Assembly (NCBI RefSeq): GCF_006345805.1
Contig: NC_043001.1
Span: forward strand, 57,660,001-57,724,000
Reading direction: 5' to 3'
Source: Octopus sinensis
Taxonomy: Eukaryota
Length of the DNA: 64,000 nucleotides
Within the stretch, counting starts at the first letter, position 1; each line of letters starts with the position of its first letter. The notes beneath the pieces were generated by a model, which did no database searches, was not told the origin of the DNA, and was given only the letters and a program-made list of their open reading frames with translations. The translations under genes were made by a program, and so were the position numbers. This document shows positions 52,638 to 64,000 of the stretch, in pieces.

Positions 52638-54462
52638 GGAGCAGGTTGAGTCTCTCCATGTCCTGATTAATGATACAGCTAGAGATGGTGTCACAATAAA
52701 AACACTGGTAATTCCACAACCTGATAATCGCTACCTCATATGAGTGACAATGAATAAACAAAATATTGTTAATAACGGTGGTAATGAAACTGAAGCCATT
52801 GATTGGGACAGTGTTGCACCCGAGAGTCTCAGAGATTCTGGTTCGGCTCCAGCCTATCGATATCCAGAAAGGGACCATCACACACGGTGTAGATGCAGCA
52901 AGCAAAGTAATGATGTGGTCATGGAGTGTTACTACATGAGCAAACCGGTAGATGAAAATGGTGCTGAAATTAGGGATTACCGACAACGTATGTATGATCA
53001 CTGGAGAGAAAAGGGATTGTTTCAACTCACGGAACAGAGATTATGGAATCAAGCTAGAGCAATAAGAAAAAAACCGTTGGTTCACAGAAGTAGAACTCGA
53101 AGCCCTCAAAAGAGTGAAAAAAAAATAGCAGTAGAAATAAGAATGAAAACACAGTTCTTACTAATAAACGTAATCTCATAGCACAGGAAAGGAAGAGTGG
53201 TAGCTTACTTGATGAGAGACAAATAGATGATCTTATAGAAAACAATAAAACTAATGGTGACATGACAGATGAACCAAAGGCAATCTACCACATAATGAAA
53301 GGCAATACTACAGTAGAACGATACCTATATTATTTGCAACCTAGAAAAGGTTGACTGGTGGAAGTTAAACCAAGAAACGGAAAATGACAATGAAATTTTG
53401 AAATACGTCAGAACAAACAACATCCGAGAAACAATTAATTTGATCAAGGCAGAAAGTATTGTTGTAGCAGAAAATATGGGTGTTGATGTTAAGAAAAAGA
53501 AATATAATAGGGGTGACAAAAGAAAAAAACTCATAGTGGAATAAAGAATATATGCAGGGTTAGATATACTCTCGAAGGAAATTTCTGTGTTAGACCGAAA
53601 AGAGGAAGGGGAGGTTAAAAGCGAACAAAAATACAGGGCGCTGAAAAGGAAGTATAATATTGAAAGAAAGAGCCGAAAAGTGATAATAGAAGAACTGAAA
53701 TGGCTGTGGATGACTAAAAGGGATTTAAAACCGGAAACGGAGGCTCTAATCTGTCCTGCCTAAGAGCAAGCACTAAAAAAACACTACATAAAATACAGAG
53801 TAAACAACACATCAGTAATTGATAAGTGCAGAATCTGTAGACAAAACGGTAAAACCATATGGCATATTACCAGCCAATGTACGTCACTAGCCCAGAAGAA
53901 ATATAACAGATGCCACGACAATATAGCAAGGCTTGCCAATTGGAGACTTGGCAACAAGTATGGTCTTCACAGAGAAAAAAATTGGTACGTCTAGCAACCT
54001 GGAGGCATTGTCGAAAATAGAAATGCAATGATACTATGGGGGTTTATGATTCTGTGCGACCATGAAATTGAGAATAGGAAGCAGGACATAGTCTTAATTG
54101 AGAAAGAAATCAAACTATTCTGAATCATAGACATAGCATGCCCAGCTTAACAACAAGGTATGCGATAAGGAAGAAAGAAAATTCGATAGGCATGACAGGT
54201 TAGCTTGAGAGGTACAACAGTTGTGGTAGATGAAATAGGTGGACGTACTACCAATAATTGTCGGAGTGAATACAAATCTCGAGAAGTACATGGAACAAAT
54301 AGGGGCTACAATAATGGTGGAGCTCTTGCAGAAAACAGCACTGCTTGGAACCGATCGAATACTCCGAAAGGTGGTCGAAAAATAAGAGGTGTTACTTTAA
54401 TTCACTGGTAGCTAAAAGCTGCCACCATAGTACATCTCCAGCGTTAGAAGTTGTGCAAAGGC
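52638..54462 (+). mobile_element. Dong-clade element (subfamily E) retaining 5' and 3' parts but lacking the whole RT domain
   Basis: N-terminal VMECYYMSKP...YRQRMYDHW..TEQRLWNQARAI. At about 53700, IEELK joins directly to WLWMTKRDLKPETEAL, then KCRIC, HDNIA, DHEIENRKQDIV, IDIACP, LLGT. AAT arrays on both sides. Confidence 0.85.
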
Positions 54463-54510
54463 AATAATAATAATAATAATGATAATAATAATAAAATAAT
54501 AATAATAATA

Positions 54511-54595
<85 letters not shown>

Positions 54596-54596
<1 letters not shown>

Positions 54597-57500
54597 GTTT
54601 AAGGGGGACGTTTAAGATGTAAGAGGGGGACGTTTAAGATGTAAGAAGGAAAATACAGAGCGCTCCGAAATCTATCCACAAACATCGAAAACAAGGACAT
54701 CGTATGGAGCCAAAGATTTACTAACAAAGGGTTGGACTGTATCCGAGTAAGTAATACTAATTGAAATCTATTACTATTTTCAAAACGAAATGATGTATTT
54801 TGACTCGATATCATCTCCACCTCTAACACAACACATGTAAACATGCGTGGAACATCACGATCATCCCCGACCCCAAACACCATGTACAAAGGAACTACGA
54901 AGAAATTAAATAACACCGATATTATTCAACCCAAGAATAACAATCGAGCGGTACTTACTTTAAACTTACAACAAAAAATGTACGAAAAACTACACGTGCG
55001 AAATAATGTGACAACAGAAATGAACGGACCGGTACCCTACGAAAATGACGACCGTCAAAATAATGGGCCGGACGTTGTACCTCATGTCCCGCAAATAAAA
55101 CCCAAAAGACGTAAATGGACACGTGAAGAATACATTTCTATCTTACACGCATACTTCACAGCAGTGCTCTACCCAAAAAATGAAAACAAAACAACGCATA
55201 CATATGAAATATGGAAGGAAAATAACATAAATATAAACTTGGATACAGCAATGAACCCTAATAAATTCTCAACACAAAAAAAATATCAGAAATAGAAATA
55301 CAACATCTAAAAGAAAAAATACACCAGGAAAATGTAGATAGAAGCCACACAGCAATGCCCAATAATATAAACAATGAAACAGTAACACACGAAGACAAAC
55401 GTAACATTCCCAACAAACACGATGTAAACAACGAAGGGGAGCCTAATGATTATGATAATATAAAAAGTAAAATAATCAAAGAACTGAAAACCACAGAGCT
55501 CAAAATGGACCACCGACCATACCTCCCAAGAATTAAAATAGACGAAACAGTAACACCAATTATAAACAGCATAAACCTAGCCGTCACGGAACTAATAGCC
55601 ACTGAAACAAAAAGCGATATCACTGAGCTAAATGACTTAATATACGCAGCAGCCACTGCAGCCACAAAAGAAGCTGGATACTCACTCAAACCCATCCAAA
55701 CAGGAGTACCACCACCCAAACAAACCCTGTGGATAAATAATATCCAAAACAAAATACAAAAAACGAGAAAAGATCTGTCGATTCTTAATGAAATCAGCAA
55801 ACAATCAACGCTACTGAGCAACAAAAAGAAAACAAAAATACTCCGCAAATATAACATCACAGAGAAAGATTTACCTGAGATAAAAGAAAAGCTGAAGCAA
55901 GATATCCTTGCCAAAGCACAAAGGATCCGCCGGTACGAGAAACGCCAGCGCTTCTTTGAACAAAACAAAAAGTTCAACTCCAACCCAAAAAGTTCTACCA
56001 AGAACTTGGCAACAGAAAATAGAAGTCACTGAGGCACCAACGGTAGAAGAATTCGAAGAATTCTGGAGAGAAATATGGTCGGCGAACGAACAACCAAAAA
56101 AAAGGAGTATCAAAATAACAAACTCGGCATCTGAACAACTTTGGACCCCCATAACAACTGAAGAGGTCACCCAGGCACTGCAAAGACTAAGCAACTGGAA
56201 GGCACCTGGGCATGACAAGATCCCCAACTTCTGGCTGAAATATCTAACAGGAATGCACAAAAAGCTGGCTGAAAACATTAACAACATACTAGCAGAGCCA
56301 GAGACAATGCCTGAATGGCCCAAACCAAATGAGACAGCAAAACCAGAAAACTACAGACCAATAACCTGCCTCCCTACAATGTTCAAGGCATTTACTGCAG
56401 TGATATCGCAAATGTTGAACAAGCACCTGGACGAAAACAAACTGTTCCCAGAAGAGCAGAAAGGATGCCGCAAAGGCTCATATGGCTGTAAAGATCAACT
56501 AATGATTAATAAAGCCATAACTGAAGACAGTCACAGAAAGAAGAAAGGCCTCAGTATGGCCTGGATGGACTACAAAAAGGCGTTTGATAGCATCACCCAC
56601 ACATGGATCCTCGAAACACTAGCCATTAACAAAGTAGCACCAACAATCATAAAATTCATAGAGCACTCTATGAATAAATGGCAAACAGTCCTGCACCTCC
56701 AAACAAAAGAGGGACTCATGAAAACCAAAGACATCCCCATTAGAAGAGGAAGATTCCAGGGAGACACGCTCTCTCCACTCCTTGTATGCTTGGCACTGTC
56801 ACCTCTATCTGATATACTAAATATAACTAGCTGCGGATATAAATGTTACGGCAAAACGATCAGCCACCTTTTATATATGGATGACCTAAAACTATACGCT
56901 GCAAATGACAAACAGCTGGAAACACTATTAAAGACAGTTCATGGATTTAACAAAGAAATAGATATGAAATTTGGATTAGAAAATTGCGCCAAAGTAACCA
57001 TGAAAAGAGGAAAACTAGGTATAGTAGCAACATCACACTAGATAAAACCAATGAAATAAAAGAATTAGACCAAAGCCAAACTTACAAATACTTAGGAATC
57101 CATGAACTAGATAAGACACAACACACACAAATGAAAGAGAAAATTAAAAAAAGAATGTTATAGACGAGTTAGATCAATACTAAACACAGAGCTCAATGCT
57201 AAAAACAAGATAATAGGTATCAACACTTTAGCTGTCCCGGTTATAAGTTACAGCTACAATATCCTTACCTGGACACTAAATGAACTGACCAAAATAGATA
57301 GGAAAACAAGAAAAATAATGACATGATCTAGGATGCATCACCCAAAATCTGACATAGAAAGACTATATATACAACGTATAGAAGGTGGTAGAGGCCTTAT
57401 ACAACTGGAAAACTACTATAAAATAACCACCATAGGACTGCAAAAATATCTACTTCAGAAGGAAGGAAAACTGATCCATATAGCGGCAAAACACGAGCAA

Positions 57501-58563
57501 AACAAAAAACTGTTCTCAGTATTTAAGGAAGCTGACAAATACAAACAAGAAATCATACCACATAATAAACATGAAGAAGAAGTAGAAGAAGATGAAGAAA
57601 CAACAAAAGCTATAAAACAAATGAAAAGAAACAACAAAAGCTATAAAACAAATGAAATCCAAACTAAAAATAGAACAGCAACGAACCATGATAAAACGAT
57701 GGCAAGAAAAGCCCCTTCATGGTAAATACTGGACTAAACTAAAGGCAAAAGAAATAGACAAAGAAAAATCCCAGCAATGGTTGAGAAGCTCAGGACTCAA
57801 AGCAGAAACAGAAGGATTTTTAATTGCAGCACAAGACCAAAGCCTCCCCACCAGAAATTACCAAAAACATGTAATGAAAAGAAATATTACAAGTAACTGC
57901 AGAATATGTGGAGATGGACAAGAAACAATAAATCATATTATCTCTAGCTGCCCAGTCCTGGCTAAGAAGGAATATATTCACAGACATGACAGAGTTGGAA
58001 CCTACATACATTGGAAGCTATGCCAACATTATGGAATAACAACAGAAAAAAGATGGTATAGGCACACACTACAAAAGGTCACAGAAACGAGAAAGCAACC
58101 ATACTCTGGGATTTGCCGATACACACAGATAGAGAAATTAAGGCCAACAGACCAGATATAGTTGTCAGAGATCATGAAGAAAAAAAATGCTTTCTAATTG
58201 ATGTATCAATACCGGCAGATGACAACGTGTCTCTAAAAGAAATGGAGAAACTCTCAAAATACAAAGACCTGGAAATAGAGGTAATTAGAATGTGGAATCT
58301 GAAAACAGAAACAATTCCTATCATAGTAGGTGCATTAGGCATGATAAAAAAATATTCAGACAAATACATAACAAAAACACCAGGACTTACAAACACATAT
58401 AACATACAGAAAATTGCACTACTAGGCACTGCACACATCATACGCAGAACACTTTCCATACAATAACCATCAGAGCATCACAACAAATCACAGCACATAC
58501 CCAAGGCACACAGAGCTGCGCTCGGTAGTGAAGTGAAAGCACGCTATAAAAATAAAACTACTG
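54596..58563 (+). mobile_element. Apparently full-length R4/Dong-clade element (subfamily A), few disabling mutations
   Basis: ORF pieces 54843-55295, 55355-56032, 55908-57041, 57333-57725, 57652-58161 and 58113-58466 give KRRKWTREEY; RT KAPGHDKIPNFW, ENYRPITCL, DYKKAFDS, FQGDTLSPL, YMDDLKLY; CRIC..ETINHIISSC; RHDRVG; RLE RPDIV/LIDVSIP/KLSKYKDL. (AAT)n on both sides. Confidence 0.96.
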
Positions 58564-58585
58564 AATAATAATAATAATAATAATG

Positions 58586-58658
<73 letters not shown>

Positions 58659-58666
58659 TAATAATA

Positions 58667-59193
<527 letters not shown>

Positions 59194-59196
59194 GTA

Positions 59197-59714
<518 letters not shown>

Positions 59715-59727
59715 TAATAATAATATT

Positions 59728-60979
59728 ATAGCTTCAATATGCTTAACTGGAATACCAGTGAAATAATGAAAATTGACAGAAAAATCCGCAAGCTACTGAC
59801 TTGTAATAAGATGCCCCATCCAAACGCAGACGTGGATCGCGTTTACCTTCCCAGAGCTCACGGAGGTCGAGGTTTGATCCAGCTTGAACTTACATGCAAA
59901 ACCACCACAATCGGATTGGCCAAATACCTTGAAGCAACCAACGATTGGATGCTAAAACTTGTTGAAAAACATGAAAGACTGAAAACATTTCACTCTATTC
60001 TCAAAGAGAGCAAAAAATTCGCTGCTAATCTCTTAGATACCCACCAGATTGATCAGGCTGAAGGAAATGCGCCAACTGCAGCTGCAAAGAAAATGAAATT
60101 AATTGCAAAGACAAAAGCACATGAAAATTTAGCTAACAGGTGGTAACAGAAAACTCTCCATGGCAAGTATGTGACCCGTAGCAAACAAGCTGATGACCAG
60201 AAACACACACACCAATGGTTACGAAGCTCAGGGCTAAAAGCAGAAAGTGAAGGTTTCATATTAGCTGCTCAAGACCAAAGCTTATTAACCCGGAACTACC
60301 AAGCCAATGTGATAAAAAATGGAACTGACCCAAAATGTCGGCCAGTATTTACATTGGACAATATGTCGGCATTATAAAATCAAAACCGCTGACAAATGGT
60401 ATAAACACCATCTTGAAGCTGTGAGTGAGGGAGAAAATGTGTCGATTCTATGGGACTTCTCTGTACAGACCGACAGGACTATAAAAGCTAATAAACCGGA
60501 TATTATTATAAAAGATCCGAAAAAAATGATGTGTTTATTAATTGACATGAGTATCCCTTGCGATCACAATATATCGGCGAAAGAATTTGACAAGATTAGT
60601 AAATATAAAGACCTGCCAATAGAAATTGAAAAAATGTGGCATCTCAAGGCGACTACAGTACCAGTGATTGTAGGATCTCTAGGAATGATAAAAAAAAAGG
60701 TACTGAAACCTATTTGAAAATGATTCCAGGCTTACCATCCCTACAGGAAGTGCAAAAAATCGTATTAACTGGAACGGCTCATGTACTGAGAAGAGCATTA
60801 TCGCCGTGAAAACAACATCCATCCATGAATTTATTTATTTATTAATTTTTAAATACATATTATATCTGTGAATTTGCGTGTGTAATCTGGGAATGCATAC
60901 AATGAGCTTCTCTGCCCTAGGTGTATGGAAAACACTTGGCGAGAAACGGAAGAAAATTTGAAGAAAGAAGGAAAAAAAC
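59728..60979 (+). mobile_element. 5'-truncated Dong-clade copy related to subfamily B, with an internal deletion of the zinc knuckle
   Basis: YSFNMLNW, HPNADVDRVYLPRAHGGRGL, GLKAESEGFILAAQDQ, DPKCR|VGQYLHW junction, KPDIII, IDMSIPCDHN, KYKDL. (AAT)n tail at 60980-61043. Confidence 0.92.
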
Positions 60980-61046
<67 letters not shown>

Positions 61047-62339
61047 TAGGAGGCACTTTATGTAATCCCACTTTTTTCTTCATGTTGTGTCATGTCCAGT
61101 GATATTTTTGCCGATCCTTGTGTCTAATAAAGAAAGGATAATAATAACAACAGATCACAAAATTTTCTATGAGTAACACGCAAGCATCTTTATTTCAAAT
61201 GCATGTTATTTCTTTTCATTGTTTCCTCTACTGCCCCTACAATATGTTGTTTATAGGAAGCTAAGAGACATCGATACCAATGTCAAGCTACAGCCCATGT
61301 CTCAAATCCCTATCAATATTTCGTCATCAGAAGAAATTTTGATACGGATGTGATATTTTCCTCCTTACATTAGTCTAGAAATGCTGAAGTTGTATATAAA
61401 CTTCATCAGTCCCACTAATGTAAAAAGAAAAAAAAGCAGCAAAAAAAAACAACATGTTATTCTCATTCTTCCTCACTAATTAAACAGAAGCTGACAAGGA
61501 TTTTAATAACAACAATGACTTTAAACGTTAGCGCTTTGTTACATATTTATATGGGTATGTTGTATTTTAAATCTAGTTTATTAAGTGTGTATCATAAAGG
61601 TTTCAGCATGGGAAGCGGAAAATAAAAGACTAAGTCAATCAGAAAGGCAATGAAAATCAGAAGTAAAAAGGGAGATAACAATTTCTAGACATTCTTTTTT
61701 CACCCAATATACATTTCTGATGGTAGTTGTTGTTCACAAACATAGAAAACTAATTTAAAGCTATTGTTACGCTTGACATACTAGACTGATTGATGATTAT
61801 ATAAAAAAAATAACAGAAAATCTCTTAATACCGGTTAAATTTGATTAAATTATTCTTTAGGAGTAATGTTTTTGATCCTTTTTTGAATATATATAGTAGT
61901 GAGACATGCATATTGCAAAAGAGACGTAAAGTCTGACCGTGCACGTTTCAATAGCATGTGATGAACATGACTCCATGGAATAACGATTGGCAGTCTCTAT
62001 AATCAGACAAACAGGAATATTGACTATTTGGATTCTGAAATCACAAACAACTTTAGTAGTTGAAACCTTAAATTAATATCTGAGACCGATGGTTAACAAT
62101 ACTTTGTAATTTAATAAGACACATCCTATTAGTACAAAACGGCAAAATATGAAGCAAACAAAGATTGCTTTTCATGAAAATGTCGTGGTGGTATAGAGAA
62201 AAAAGTTGACCTGCAAAGAGCATCCTGATTCTCTTTCTCACTCTCTCGCTTTCTCATTCATGATCTCCCCCCTCTCTCTATCTATCATCCAACACACACA
62301 CATACACACTATCAATGAAAATATACTCATTTTCTATAT

Positions 62340-62401
62340 ATCTATCATCTATATCGCTCGCTATATATGTATATATTTTATATACAAAAATATGCATACA
62401 T

Positions 62402-62472
<71 letters not shown>

Positions 62473-62519
62473 TTATATATATACAAACATTCATACATAA
62501 ATACATACATATATACATG

Positions 62520-62566
<47 letters not shown>

Positions 62567-63250
62567 GTGTGTGTGTGTGTGTGTTTATATATTCGTTACA
62601 CACGCTCGCACAGAGATACAAGCACATATATACAGATAGATACACAGTTACACGAATAATGCTCATGTGAATCATTTTAAAACGAAAATCAGGCACCTGC
62701 TTCACATTTCCCATCATTTTGGGGATAGGCTTTAACAGATTTTACTTAACATGTATCTATTTCACGATTACCTCAAAGACTTCAAAATACTAGTTTATGA
62801 ATATCGAGTCGTATTAACGTAAATACATACACGGTACGTAGTTTTTATGGATGAGGATACAATCCTGTTCATCAGAAAATGATTATGATAGACCTATTAG
62901 GCTGCTCTCATACACTATTTTACAAAAATGTATTTGATTATATATATGAAAATAGGTAGGTAGGTAGGTAGGTAGATAGATAGACAGACATAGGCTGACA
63001 GACAGACAGACATATAGATAAATAGATAGATAGATAGATAGGTAGATAGATAGATAGATAGAAAGAAAGATAGGCAGATAGGTAGAAAAATCGATAGAGA
63101 GATATATAATACTTATATGCACACACGCAAATACACACACATGCACACATATATATGAATATAAGCATATATACCTTCACACACTTGCACACACATAACA
63201 ATAACACACACATTCGTTCTGACACACATCTGCATATATATACATATATG
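62340..63250. repeat. Mixed (TA)n/(CA)n/(GATA)n/(GGTA)n microsatellite region
   Basis: Direct sequence; representative of many similar tracts across the window. Confidence 0.9.
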
Positions 63251-64000
63251 ATCAATCAAAATTAATATCGGTAAGTATCCCAAACATATTAGCTTCTGTC
63301 TTGGCGTCACACCCCACTCAGAAACCTGTAAGAGCAGAGCACATATGTATAAAAACTGGCCTCTGATATTCAAGATAACTAGTAATGATATTCATATATG
63401 TGAGATATCAAATGCTCACATACCAATAATCGTATATATGTTAAAATGCAGGAATATGAATCGGTTTGACACGCACATTTCTTCCATGAGTCTCATTCAT
63501 ATTTAGAAATTCCAAGTAAAATAAAATGTTATTTAATACAGTTTCAAATAATAGAACATTGCACGAAGTACACTAATTAGTGTGCACGTAAACTTCATAT
63601 AAAATGACACGCATAAAATGAGGTCCCCCACCCCACGCAAACAAACAAACAGATCGTACATGCATGCATATATGTATGAGTATATTAGTGCAGAATAATT
63701 ATCAGTAAGAAAAATACATACGAGCAATAATCATTAATAAATACTTGAATCATACGAAATACATTATAGGCACAAACTTATTGAATCTAATATAAATGTA
63801 TTAAGAAGTGTGCAGGACTAGAAATTAGGTAATGTAAATTAAAAGAAGGCAAAAACTTTAGGTAAAAGCAATAGCTAAAGAAATAATCATATTAGCGTAA
63901 TTTAAAAGGTGGTGACGTGATGACAAATTGACGTGATCTTTAGAAAAATTATATCTTAGTGCATTTGTGAAACTGGTAACTACCTCACGTCATCTATAAC

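Noticed and set aside
52638-52700. Possible HDV-like ribozyme at the Dong-E 5' end
   Set aside because: P1/P2/P3 pairings could not be assigned by eye; needs a descriptor search.
61310-61335. Minus-strand CTGATGACGAAA
   Set aside because: No stem II; likely chance.
61257-61370. Open frames after a TTTATAG acceptor
   Set aside because: No convincing donor or recognisable protein.
63260-63345. GTAAGT donor on plus and CTTACAG acceptor on minus
   Set aside because: Isolated splice-like sites with no partner or coding support.

Overview
Repeat-dominated, AT-rich eukaryotic DNA with no recognisable intact host gene. The SINE families and the dense (TA)n/(AAT)n/(CA)n microsatellites look like a coleoid cephalopod (Octopus-like) genome; this is inference from pattern recall, not a database hit. 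Main content: (i) about eight copies, from at least five subfamilies, of R4/Dong-clade RLE non-LTR retrotransposons. Most sit in (AAT)n arrays in a fixed orientation and form 'trains' (470-2868 on minus; 42.6-48.5 kb and 52.6-61.0 kb on plus), joined by an ORF-less (AAT)n-tailed passenger element. (ii) Decayed L1/Tx1-like and RTE LINEs, one RTE locus being internally inverted. (iii) A DD41D-like Tc1/mariner element with both TIRs, plus several MITE/foldback elements. (iv) Three tRNA-type SINE families. (v) Penelope-like (PLE) remnants carrying minimal type-I hammerhead ribozyme folds. The most striking signal is that the three hammerhead families have different but each complementary 3-8 core pairs (U3-A8 at 17.0 kb, G3-C8 at 24.1 kb, C3-G8 at 48.6 kb), and the G3-C8 variant occurs twice on opposite strands inside a 137-bp-arm near-perfect palindrome. 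Coordinates were read by eye and may be off by a few bases, or tens of bases for decayed element ends.
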